DNA of 63,935 bases, filler included, from Octopus bimaculoides (Eukaryota): NCBI RefSeq assembly GCF_001194135.2. It is 4 parts of 3 records of this genome, joined end to end, with 100 filler letters (N's around TTAATTAATTAA, not from the genome) between each part and the next. Parts side by side here need not be neighbours in the genome. Positions count along the whole stretch, not along the records: positions 44,124 to 61,292 come from NC_068986.1; positions 61,393 to 63,935 come from NC_068991.1; 2 more parts are not named here. The stretch is one strand, 5' to 3'. Made by a program: the position numbers and the translations under genes. The notes beneath the pieces were generated by a model, which made no database searches, was not told the DNA's origin, and was given only the letters and a program-made list of their open reading frames with translations. Shown here piece by piece: positions 49,436-62,170 of the stretch (positions are counted from its first letter, which is position 1; each line of letters opens with the position of its first letter).

Positions 49436-51035
49436 CGTACCGATAATTGACTTAGATTTCACATTGCATTTTTTGTCTTATTTTTGTTTTTGTTTTTTTT
49501 TCTGTAACTTAAATATACGAAGATTCTTCATAAATACATAAAAACCTTGATACCCTTTTATCCCTCGCTTGAAATCCATAAAATAGATAACCCATTGATA
49601 GATACAGTTGAATATATCAAATCAAGACTTCAAACATAAAACGCTATACAAGTTATAGACATAAGAGAAAAGTCTTGGACACACTAAGATTTATCACATA
49701 TAACTACTTCGCCGATAAATCCAACACTTTCTGCATATTTAAAGTAAGCAAATAAATAAATTTAAAAAATAACAAAACAGCACAGATTGTGAAATATAGC
49801 TCCATGTGAACCAACAATCTTACAGATACTGCTCAGCTGCGAACAGTTACAAATTGCATCGGTAATTCGTCTTGCGTTTGAAGAAGATTTTGGCGATTAA
49901 AACGGAAAGTATTGCTATACAGTAGCAACCTAGCAACTGAACTCTGATTCTTGGGCAATTGATTAAATTATGATTCAAAGCTTCAGTTCAACAAACAGAG
50001 GCCATATTGACATGCCTAAAGATGGCAGCTAGCAATAAGAAAAATCTCGGAAGAGATAAAAATCTTGGAGTAGATAAAAAGCGTTGATGAGAAGATGGCA
50101 ATCTATGAAAATAAATGAAGAATCGATATTCTATCAAAGTGTTATTCTTGAAATGTAGTTGAAAACTGCATTGACGTGAAACTAGAAGTAGAGGAAGGAA
50201 AAGAGAGCATTAGAGAGGAAGTGAGGAGAGAAAGAGGAGAGAAAGAGGAGGCAAAAAGAAAGACAGAAAGACGGAGAAAAGGTATGAAATAAGTTGGGAA
50301 GGAAGAACGAAAAGAAGGACGCGAAAAGAGAAATAAAGGAAGTTGGAGATCTTAAGAAGCGTTAAAGATAACATTAAGTTCTTCAATATATAAACACATT
50401 TATTATCAATGGCTCTTATCTGATGAATACATATATGTAAGTGTATGCGCGTGTGTGTGTATNNNNNNNNNNNNNNNNNNNNNNNNNNNNNNNNNNNNNN
50501 NNNNNNNNNNNNNNNNNNNNNNNNNNNNNNNNNNNNNNNNNNNNNNNNNNNNNNNNNNNNNNNNNNNNNNNNNNNNNNNNNNNNNNNNNNNNNNNNNNNN
50601 NNNNNNNNNNNNNNNNNNNNNNNNNNNNNNNNNNNNNNNNNNNNNNNNNNNNNNNNNNNNNNNNNNNNNNNNNNNNNNNNNNNNNNNNNNNNNNNNNNNN
50701 NNNNNNNNNNNNNNNNNNNNNNNNNNNNNNNNNNNNNNNNNNNNNNNNNNNNNNNNNNNNNNNNNNNNNNNNNNNNNNNNNNNNNNNNNNNNNNNNNNNN
50801 NNNNNNNNNNNNNNNNNNNNNNNNNNNNNNNNNNNNNNNNNNNNNNNNNNNNNNNNNNNNNNNNNNNNNNNNNNNNNNNNNNNNNNTATATATATATATA
50901 TATATATATTTACATGTATGTATATATACACTCAAAACACACATATATACGTGCATATATTTTATGAGTGCGCGTGTGTATGTCTGTTATTCCGTATGTG
51001 TACATATATATATATGTATATATGTATAAATACAT

Positions 51036-51071
<36 letters not shown>

Positions 51072-51697
51072 GCAATTATACAAAAATATATACATACATA
51101 AATGTGTGTGCAGCGTTTATACAGAAATCTATATACATATGTGCATGTACATGTACAGTGCGTATATAAATGTTTGTTTCGGGGTATATGTATATGAATA
51201 CCTGCATACATACGTACGTACATACATACACACATGCATACATACATACATACATAAATGTGCATGAGTGTAAACATATGCATACAATTATATATGCTCA
51301 TAGAAAATTCGGTAATACCGTATGCATAACCCTGCATTTTAAGACGAGTGCACAAACATATACACAAATATTTGTGCACACGTGTGGCTTCTGTCTGAGC
51401 GTGTGTCATCTTTGTGAATGTCACTTGTGTGTGTGTTCGTGTGTGTGTGTTTGTTTGTGTGTGTTTGTATCGAATATCAAGCAGTTTACTATACAGAGTA
51501 ACCTATATATTTCTAGATGCATATGTACAAGCATCGGAACATGAATGCACACACGCACGCACACACACACAGACACACTCATGCACAGATGAATAACTAT
51601 GTTTGGTGCACTATTTTAAAACCTACGTATATTTACGACTAATTTCTTTTGCACACATACCCAAGACAGATTTAGACAGATATTTATATCTAAATAC

Positions 51698-51730
<33 letters not shown>

Positions 51731-52659
51731 NNNNNNNNNNNNNNNNNNNNNNNNNNNNNNNNNNNNNNNNNNNNNNNNNNNNNNNNNNNNNNNNNNNNNN
51801 NNNNNNNNNNNNNNNNNNNNNNNNNNNNNNNNNNNNNNNNNNNNNNNNNNNNNNNNNNNNNNNNNNNNNNNNNNNNNNNNNNNNNNNNNNNNNNNNNNNN
51901 NNNNNNNNNNNNNNNNNNNNNNNNNNNNNNNNNNNNNNNNNNNNNNNNNNNNNNNNNNNNNNNNNNNNNNNNNNNNNNNNNNNNNNNNNATATATATATA
52001 TATATATATATATATACAGGCACACACATACACACGCATATAAATTCATAATACACACACACACATATATATATATTTGAAAACTCATCATTAATTAGTT
52101 GCTTGAGTTTCATGTCTTAATTAATGGCTAATTAGACGTTCGTCAAGCTAAGCTGCTTCAATTTTCGGAATGTTTACAAGTGGAGGCATTTGAAAATTCA
52201 TTTTCGATATGATATTATTTGTACCCGCATTTTCCAAAAATCAGCCTTAATGAACAAAATTTTGTTATTTCCATTTTTATGAATATAGAAAACACGAAGT
52301 AAGTGCGATAAATAATTGACAATATACAAATTAAATGAAATAGGAAGGAAATATGAATGCTTTGCCAAATAGCGTCAGAGATTTACAAAGTGTACATATG
52401 CACGCGCTCGAAGAACATTTAAAATAGATTCTTATCTGATATACCGGATGAACCCGGATAAGAATGGCAGGTTTAATCATGTCACTATTACATCAGAATT
52501 GATTCCGGAGACAGGATTGGTAAATGATTGTGAAATAAACAGGCATTAACGCTATTAACAGTGCCTCCGCGTGGCCAAAGCCCTTCCCGAAACTAATAAT
52601 ATGTAACATATGGTATAATTTAAACAAAGCAAAGTTTAGCCATTTCTCCGCAGACTGAA

Positions 52660-53800
52660 AAAAATGATGTACAACCTTAATCGATTTTCAAACCTTATTG
52701 GGGGTCTCATCAGAGGCGTCTACGTCACTTTTGCAATTTCCAGAGAAACAAGCAGCTAAACTGTTTATATACTCAACAAATGCAGCAGTTACTCTATGAA
52801 GAAGTCCCTAATCTGCATATCGAAAGTGTTTAACACTATAAATACTAGCGGCCTGTCAACGGGGATCTAAGTCCACACGGTATCAAGGTATGATATATAA
52901 TATATGTAACATATGTAATAATAGTATTATACACTAGATGTTGTATAAACAAGTTAGAAAGTGTAAGGGGACAGAGAAGGGAAAACACAAAAATGTTAAT
53001 TTTCGAAAACCCGTTCAGTTAATGTGTGTTAATTAAGGAACCCACCGGATACTTAATATGGTTGCGAGATATTGTATTGAACTTCCTTTCAGTTATTCCT
53101 ATGTAATATCTATCTACTACGTTTGAGGTTGGTTTTCCTGGATGTAACAAATACTTCTGCCTTATAAGACATTGAATGGACATTTCTATATTTACCCATT
53201 GAGTATTGGATTCATTTATTTATGCGATATTCTATGGATTATTCTATGTTTAGTTGGTGCGACTGCAACTTAGTTTTAGCTTGTTTTGAGTAAATATTTT
53301 TGTATAGTTATGGTTAATGTGGAGATCTTTATCCGTTAAAACCGAGAAGGTTTGTGCAGTATGATATAGAACATGGAGTGACACGATGAACGTGACTTTT
53401 ATGCATATATTTCTTTGTTTCAAAGTGCTGATTATTTTGTTGACGTATTTCGATGCCTTCTAAGACAAGAAGTAACTTTCCCGAATTTTCATTATTTGAG
53501 GACAGATTAGAAATCTTTGTACCGCTGTTACTGATAAAATATTTTAAAACTATTTTACATAAATTGGCATAGGCAGAGTCCTATATCGGGTCATGTAAAA
53601 TTTAAATGAATGGTTTATATAAGCTGACTACGAGTTAACTTTTAGGAAATTAACAGTTATGTTTGTGGCTATGGTGATGTTTAAGTTAAAATTACTACAG
53701 AGTTGATAAGGTCGTTTTTTGATATATCTGATGTGAGTTCGTGGGAGTATTTACTCATAGCTGACCCGTCCTATTTATATAGACCAAAGATTGTTTAGAT
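52660..53800 (-). mobile_element. Penelope-like element remnant: RT C-half, linker, GIY-YIG endonuclease and 3' region with hammerhead motif
   Basis: GLYK*DG (decayed YRDD, ~53765-53785), ITIATNITVNFL, YKPF, LSSNN, KIFTQNKLKLS, YKAEV and YYIGITERKFNT..RNH (~53060-53110). Confidence 0.8.
52671..52720 (-). ncRNA. Minimal hammerhead ribozyme motif downstream of the PLE ORF
   Basis: GCCT-CTGATGA-GACC(loop)GGTTT-GAA-AATCGATT (palindromic stem III)-A-AGGT; stem II partly decayed. Confidence 0.6.
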
Positions 53801-54030
53801 AAACTTCCTGGTTAATACAAATAGAATATATATACTCGTACAGGGTCATTTGTCTTCACGTTATTGTACGCCTACATACATACATCAAAGTGTTCTGCTG
53901 GATTAGAATTTTCTTTTACAAGCAATATCGCAGACAAAATTCTGGTTCTCTCTCTTGTATGCATGATAATTTCAATTTCATTATCTCCAAAGTTTGCGTG
54001 GTGTGTGTGGGTGTGTGTGTGTGTCTGTGT

Positions 54031-54072
<42 letters not shown>

Positions 54073-54380
54073 GTGTGCGCGGAACCGAAAGCTTGTCTAT
54101 TTGATTATGAAGTTCGCTTTGTAGCAGTTGCTGGTTCATTCCTACTGTTCGTGGAATTTTGCTCTGATTTATTTGTTTTGATTGAATTTNNNNNNNNNNN
54201 NNNNNNNNNNNNNNNNNNNNNNNNNNNNNNNNNNNNNNNNNNNNNNNNNNNNNNNNNNNNNNNNNNNNNNNNNNNNNNNNNNNNNNNNNNNNNNNNNNNN
54301 NNNNNNNNNNNNNNNNNNNNNNNNNNNNNNNNNNNNNNNNNNNNNNNNNNNNTATATATATATATATATATATATATACA

Positions 54381-55745
54381 CTCTTTTACTCGTTTCAGCC
54401 ATACAGCTGCAGTCATGCTGGAGCACCACCGTGGTCTTTCTGACTTCCTCAGTCTGGGGTGTTTCACATCACCACTCTTGTATGTGCCTTTGTCCCAGCT
54501 GTTGGCCCATTTGGTGTATAGGGGAGTTTGATTCCGCTGCCCTCATCTGTACCACACGTCGGGCTATTGGTTTATCCGGTATTGTGGAGAGGAGGATGTC
54601 TTGTTCCTTTTTGAAGACATCTGCTTCCACCTTATACAGATTTCTTAATTCTTGTGGCAGAACATTGAAGAGCTATGGGCCTTTGAGCCCTAGACTATTG
54701 CAGTACCATGTCCTGAATTTAGATGGAGTAGATGGTACTTTTGGTGCAATACAATGGTGTGAAGTTCTGGCATTTCTATAACACTAAATGCGGAAATTAG
54801 ATACTAGCCGTCCGAGAGTTTGCCATATGTAGATCATTGCCTATTTTTCTCAGCCTATCCCTGTAATTTGTCCGCTGCACTGTTTCAGTCTTTTTAATGT
54901 AGTGGCATTGGACTGCATCAAGCTCCGCTGTTAGTTTGGCACTGTGTGGTGACCATAACTGGGAGCAATAATCCAGACAGCCGAGAACAAAGTTTCACCA
55001 TAGGGTCAACATAGTTTCTTGGTCTCTCGTCTTGAAGGACCTGACCTTAGTATCCATCCTTCCAGTTGTCTGTACTTTGCTGCCATCTTGGTAATGTGCA
55101 TATGAAATTATGCATCATTGCACACACTGTGACTCTGGGATTGCAGTATCTTCGGGTCTTGTATATGCAGGCTGTTGTGCATTTGTGAGTTGATAGCACA
55201 CTACTTGACATTTTCCAGTATTAAATTGCGGGTTGTTTATTTCGGCCAACTTGTATATCGAATTCAGGTCCCGCTATAAGCTTGCGAAGTCAATTGATTT
55301 TTTTTTTATTGCTTGTAATAATCTTGTATCATTAGCGTAGCTCGTGACAGTGGCTGTTCGAGTGACCCTGGACATGTTTAAGAGATATTATGAACAATAA
55401 TGGCCCCAGAACAGTTCCCTGGAATTTAGGATTTGTGTTTCCTCAGAAAACGCACTATTGGCTGCAACTGTCTGACTGCTGTCCTTTAGGAAGTCATGCG
55501 GTCACTCTCCCAGTTTACAAGCAATGCCAAGGTCTCGCTATTGACATATCAAGCTATGAGCTACCTTATCAAATGCCTTTGCAACGTCAAGGTATATCAT
55601 GTTGACATCTGAATGGTCAAACAGCTGTTTTAAAACCCAGTCATAAAGAGTTGTGTGAGGCAGCTTCATCCTGGACGAAAGCCATGCTGTGTGTTGTTCA
55701 GTAACCATGGTGTGTGTTGTTCAGTAACCATGCTGCGTGTTGGTC
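54381..55745 (-). mobile_element. CR1/L2-group LINE, 5'-truncated RT with 3' end
   Basis: QHGFRPG, IYLDVAKAFDKV, GTVLGPLLFII, SYANDTRL, FNTGKC, GP.LFNVLP motifs with stops and frameshifts; ends ...GGTGCTCCAGCATG...CTGAAACGAGTAAAAGAG. Confidence 0.9.
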
Positions 55746-56194
55746 TTCTAGAAACATTATCAATTTCTTTCTGATGATTCACTTCATGATTTTACTGATA
55801 TGTAAAGTCAGAGAGATTGGCCTCTAGTTTTGGGCCTCTGCTCTGCTTCCACCTTTTAGCATTTTAGGAAATTTACCACTTGCAAGGAAACTTTGGAAAA
55901 GTATTCATCTGTGTGAGTATGTTTGTTTTTACGTTTTGTCTCCGAAAACCACCCATTTGACAACTGGTATTATTTTTTTTTATGCAAACGATTCGGCAAA
56001 AAGTGTACATTTGGAAGACTGATAGAATAAGCACCAGGTTTAGAAAAATAAGATTTGGGATTAATTTTTTCGACTAAACCCTTCAAGATGGTCGCAGTCA
56101 CTTAATTTGAATATATTTCTGTACTTTATTTTTGACAATCTTTTTAAGTGAAACCAGTTAAGTTAATAAAAACTTTTAAAAGTCTACTCTTTAC

Positions 56195-56451
56195 TCTTTT
56201 TACTCTTTTACTTGTTTCAGTCATTTGACTGTGGCCATGCTGGAGCACCACCTTTTAGTCGAGCTAATCGACCCAAGGACTTATTCTTTGTAAGCTTGAT
56301 ACTTATTCCATCCGTCTCTTTTGCCGAACCGCTAAGTTATGGGGACGCAAACACACCAGCATCAGTTGTCAAGCGATGTTGGTGGGGGACAAATACAGAC
56401 ACACAAACATATACACAGACATACACACATACACACAAACACACACACACT

Positions 56452-56488
<37 letters not shown>

Positions 56489-56645
56489 NNNNNNNNNNTT
56501 TCCGTCTACCAAATCCACTCACAAAGCTTTGGTCGGCCCGAGGTTATAGTAGAAGACACTTGCTAAAGGTGCCACACAGTGGGACTGAAACCGGAATCAT
56601 GTGGTTCGTAAGCAAGCTACTTACCACACAGCCACTCTTGCGACT
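56195..56645 (-). mobile_element. Family C SINE, full length
   Basis: (CTCTTTTA)n tail, internal (CA)n(TA)n with a small gap, head ...ACCACACAGCCACTC. Confidence 0.9.
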
Positions 56646-58124
56646 CATAATCTAACCTCTCCTGCATTTTCATATTTTTTCCTTAGTTTTTTACTCGTGC
56701 GGTAACCTTCAAACATACTTTGTTATATGTGTGTTTGCGTGTGTGCTTGCGTGTGTATGTGAGCGTATATGCGTGTGTACATATATGAATTCTAATGTAC
56801 TACATATTAAGGTTTTCAGAAATGGAAGCAAACATCTCGACACTATCAAATTTGATAAATCTACAGTCATGTTTATTATGTTAAACTATCAAATGATTTA
56901 GTTACTCTCGTTCTGTCACTGGAGATTATCAGCTTTCCTCATGTACTTATTTAAGTTACTTAACGATTTTTGCTGAATAAAGCAAACTGATATTTAGCTC
57001 TTGTTAATTAACCTATATTTAAAGTTAGCTGTAAATGGTACTTATGCTACATGATTGTAATGCATTTATCGAAGATTTCTTGTCAATTGTCAATATTCAA
57101 CTCTTTTCAAACCAAGCTTTTTTGCGCCATATTTTCTTCGGTACCAGTTACCTAATTTCGTTATAAACTATGCGGTTTCGTTTTTAGTCTTTTGTGCATA
57201 TAGATGCGCAGTTTGCTTCTCAACTATATGGTGTTGGGTTCAGTCACACTGCGTAGCACCTTGGGCAATTATCTAATATCATAGGCTCGTGCCAACTAAA
57301 GTCTTGTGAGTACATTTGGTGAACGGAAACTGAAAGAAGCCTGTCGTATATAAATTCAAAGTAAACAGAATATGAAGAAATATTGATCAGCAACAATTGA
57401 CTTACATCAATTATTATTTTTTATTATTTTAAAAATTATTTTTCTTTATCAAATATTTTTTTCATTTTCTGTTTACTTTAAATTTAATTCCTGATAAACT
57501 CATGTTTATCTTTGTCATTACCTATAATCTATGAGCATAATATGCTTGCATATATATGTCCAGGGTTAACATAGGTAATTATATCGGTAGTATAACGGAT
57601 ATTTTTATCCCTTAGATGGTTATTCCAACCTCTAACTCCACTAACCTTGCTTATATATATTTATATATATATATGAATGAATTAGTGTACATTTAAACAG
57701 AAAGAGGCGAGCCTTGACAGGTCACCCTATATGCTGGAAGGAACAGTCAAAAAGTCCAAACCACAGTTAAGAGCGATTTCGAAGGGAATGAAAAATAAAA
57801 ACATTTAACATGTTTTACAGCCGGATCTTAAGTTTCGAACTTTAATTAGTAAATAAAATAATTTGCAGGGCGAACATATATATATATATATGTGTGTGTG
57901 TGTGTATGTGTGTGAGTGTGTGTTTGTGTCTGTCCCCCATTACCGCCAGACAACGTGTGTGTGGTGTGTTTATGTCCTCGTGACTTGGCGGTTCCGCAGC
58001 AACACACCGACAGAATAAGTACCAGGCTTTACAAATAATTAAAGCTGTTGATTCTTTCGACTAAAACCCTTCAAGATAGTATCAAAGCATGATCAAAGTC
58101 TAATGAGTGAAACAAGTAAACGGC

Positions 58125-58358
58125 CAAAGATATATGGAAATGCAGTACGATCGTTTCATGCAACTCCATTTAATTGAACAATGCAATCATCACATCAATT
58201 TAAAATGCAGAGCAATCTTCAGCTGCACAAAGACACAGAATTTAATTAAATTAGAGCACATTAGTATAGCTGTCCATCTGCATTTTAAATTGATTGCACT
58301 GTTCAATTAAATATAGCTGCATGAAACGATCGTACTGCATTACCTCTGGATATCCTTG
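58125..58358. mobile_element. Palindromic MITE (~235 bp, long TIRs)
   Basis: ATGCAGTACGATCGTTTCATGCA...TTTAATTGAACA..AATTTAAAATGCAGA at left; its reverse complement at right. Confidence 0.8.
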
Positions 58359-59394
58359 TTGCTTATTTTGATATATATATATATATATATANNNNNNNNN
58401 NNNNNNNNNNNNNNNNNNNNNNNNNNNNNNNNNNNNNNNNNNNNNNNNNNNNNNNNNNNNNNNNNNNNNNNNNNNNNNNNNNNNNNNNNNNNNNNNNNNN
58501 NNNNNNNNNNNNNNNNNNNNNNNNNNNNNNNNNNNNNNNNNNNNNNNNNNNNNNNNNNNNNNTATATATATGCAGACATGTCTATATATATGCCTATATA
58601 TTATGATGACATTTGGAAGCTGACATGCCGGAGTGGTCAAGGAATTCGCTTCGTATCAATGAGTTCTCGGTGGCATGTTGGGCAAGTGATTTTACCATAC
58701 CCTTGACCTCACCCAAAATCTTGCGAATGTACCTCATTGAGCCAAAACAGTACATATAAGACTATTATTGCAGTGTGTCAGTATAACAATTAAAGTGTAT
58801 ACTAATGGAAAGCCGAACAAGTAAAACACTCATTGAGGTTAACGCAAGCGAACCTAAAATTATTGTAACGAAATATTTGACGGATCACATACCAGTAAAA
58901 AGATACTGTATCATTTTGAACTCAAGAGCCTTGATTTTTGCAAGCCAAAACATTTATCCAACCTTGCGTTTCATTTTAAAACGTACTTCGATATCTGCCG
59001 TTCCTATAATATACCTGAAAATGTCAGTTATAAAAATGAAACATTGACGATACAATTAGAATGATAAACACTCTTATCGTGATAAATGATGAAAACAATA
59101 TATACATACATATTTTTTTTCTTCTTCTTCAACAGTTACATCGAGGAAAGTTTTATTATTTTAACCAACTTCTCGTTTCCGACACGTTATATATAGTTCA
59201 ATATTACAGCTTTAAATGAAACAGTAATAAAGAAGATAACGTTAACGTCGAATTGACGAAAGCTGCGATAACACTAAGAAATAGCAAACTAATCTAATTG
59301 ATCTTCAAATGCATCTCTCGCGCAACACTCAACCACACTTTGTTGAATAAACCTACACCATACAAACAAAAACTACAGCATTTCATTCGTTCCT

Positions 59395-59596
59395 TTTCTC
59401 TTCTACCTGTTTCAGTCATTAGACTGCGGCCATGATGGTGCACCGCCTCGAAGGGTTTAGTCGAACAAATGGACTCCAAGACTTATTTTATATATTTAAG
59501 TTTGGTAATTATTTTATCGGTCATTTTTTTTTGCAGAACGGCTAAGTTACAAGGACGTGAAAAAAACAACACCTATTGTGAAATATGGTGGAAGGA

Positions 59597-59658
<62 letters not shown>

Positions 59659-59660
59659 NN
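59395..59660 (-). mobile_element. Family C SINE 3' half running into a gap
   Basis: TTTCAGTCATTAGACTGCGGCCATGATGGTGCACC...; similar 3' halves at ~60830-61075, ~63330-63495 and ~45135-45330. Confidence 0.7.
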
Positions 59661-61089
59661 NNNNNNNNNNNNNNNNNNNNNNNNNNNNNNNNNNNNNNNN
59701 NNNNNNNNNNNNNNNNNNNNNNNNNNNNNNNNNNNNNNNNNNNNNNNNNNNNNNNNNNNNNNNNNNNNNNNNNNNNNNNNNNNNNNNNNNNNNNNNNNNN
59801 NNNNNNNNNNNNNNNNNNNNNNNNNNNNNNNNNNNNNNNNNNNNNNNNNNNNNNNNNNNNNNNNNNNNNNNNNNNNNNNNNNNNNNNNNNNNNNNNNNNN
59901 NNNNNNNNNNNNNNNNNNNNNNNNNNNNNNNNNNNNNNNNNNNNNNNNNNNNNNNNNNNNNNNNNNNNNNNNNNNNNNNNNNNNNNNNNNNNNNNNNNNN
60001 NNNNNNNNNNNNNNNNNNNNNNNNNNNNNNNNNNNNNNNNNNNNNNNNNNNNNNNNNNNNNNNNNNNNNNNNNNNNNNNNNNNNNNNNNNNNNNNNNNNN
60101 NNNNNNNNNNNNNNNNNNNNATATATATGTGCTGTTAAATGCTAAGCAACCAGGTGTAACATGTCATAAAAACACAGTATACCTCAAAACAGGCAGAACA
60201 AAATCACGCTGTAACTGATTGAGAGCGACAGATACCAATATATCGCGTTAATTTCCGTTCTTCAGTACATTTACATTCATTCCACTGAATTTAGGCAATG
60301 TTGTGCTACGAAAACTATGCATTTATACAGGTGTAAGCATAGCTGTGTGGTTCAGAAGTTCGCTTTACAACCACTTTGACTCGAATCCAGACTTATTGCT
60401 CGATATCTTGGGTAAGTATCTTCTACTGTAACACGTTCTAACCAATGCGTTGTGAGTGAATTCGAGATTTCGAAACTGTGAGGAAGTCCCTCACAAATTT
60501 GATACCATATCATTTCGGCTATATCTCATTCTATAAATATATAACGATACCAATGATGGAGACATCACACGGTCACTCAACCTGCTAGTAATAGCAGACA
60601 AATAACCCGCAAATAACACATTTGTAAAAAGATACAATCACTCATATATAATGCGATTGGACTTTAACTGGTCTGACCTTTTTCAGGAAGACGCAACGAT
60701 TTCAGATTTATTCAAATGAATTTGGTAAACGGAAATTCTTTGAGGCAAATGCCTGTTTAATGAAGGCTGATCTGAATTTAAAGAACAAGAAAAGAAGTAG
60801 TAATGAAGTATGTCTTACCATTTACATCTTACTTCTTCAGATCATTAGACTGCGACCGCTTTGAGAGGTTTTAGCGGGGAAAATCGTCTCCAGTAATTAT
60901 TATTTTTTTAAGTCTGGTGCTTTTTCTATCGATCCGTTTTTGCCTACCTGCCAAGTTACAAAAGATAGGTAAAGCAACACCATTTGTCAAGTGGTAGTGG
61001 TGGTGGTGATGGTGGTGATGGAGACAAACACATGCACAAACACACACACACACACGCACACACACACACACATAGTTGGAATTTATAGA

Positions 61090-61240
61090 AAAACAAATGA
61101 CGAAGACGGGTGTATGAACAACAAGCAAGTGTATCAGTTTGATGCTCGGGAAAATGAAAAAGTCTTTTAGATTTCGAGCCTACGCTCCTCAACAGAAAGG
61201 AATAAGAGAAAATAAACACGGAAAGAGAATGAAAAAACAC
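61090..61240 (-). mobile_element. Repeat family E (copy 3)
   Basis: Reverse complement CCTTTCTGTTGAGGAGCGTAGGCTCGAAATCTAAAAGAC. Confidence 0.6.
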
Positions 61241-61292
61241 TGGTAGATTTCAACGGTCCAGCATGGCGTTTATACATATATATATATATATA

Positions 61293-61392
61293 NNNNNNNN
61301 NNNNNNNNNNNNNNNNNNNNNNNNNNNNNNNNNNNNTTAATTAATTAANNNNNNNNNNNNNNNNNNNNNNNNNNNNNNNNNNNNNNNNNNNN
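61293..61392. other. Artificial scaffold linker (44N-TTAATTAATTAA-44N)
   Basis: Same construct as at 25761. Confidence 0.95.
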
Positions 61393-61448
61393 GCATTTTA
61401 TATTTGTGAAGGGTACAAAAGGTGAAAAAATCAAACAGTGCTTCAACT

Positions 61449-61505
<57 letters not shown>

Positions 61506-62105
61506 CATTTATATGTATGAATAGCACAGTCTGTAGGGAACGCGGTTTTCTATACTCTGTCACAGCCTGCTTCCTTCTTTTTAAGTGTGTCTGTTTATAT
61601 GTGTATGTGTAAATGCGTGTATGTGTGTAATTTTATTTTCTATGTATCTTTCTAAATGAACATACACAAGCATATACACTCATTCAAATATATAAATATA
61701 TTTTACACAAACACACACATACACACAAGCACTCACAATCTTTTCTTTTACACGCGCACACATATACTCACACAAAGTTCAAGCGCTGTTTAATTTTCAT
61801 CATCCCACTTCCATCGGTGGATCACGCCTTCCTTTCTCATTCATATGTTGTGACGGAGAAATACACAAGAGTATTATTATAGTAGATTATTATAGTAGAA
61901 GATACACGACGCTCTCTTTGCCACTTCCTCTCTCTCATTGTAATTACTTTCTCTCATTCCTTCTCAATGATGGCTATTACTCTCACTACTTCTCCTTCAC
62001 TGAAATACTATTTTCTCTTTTCTCCCTTCACCATTCACTCCTACTGCGTGATTTTGAACAAATATATATATATATAAACACTACGTTCATTATTATATTA
62101 GAAGA

Positions 62106-62170
<65 letters not shown>

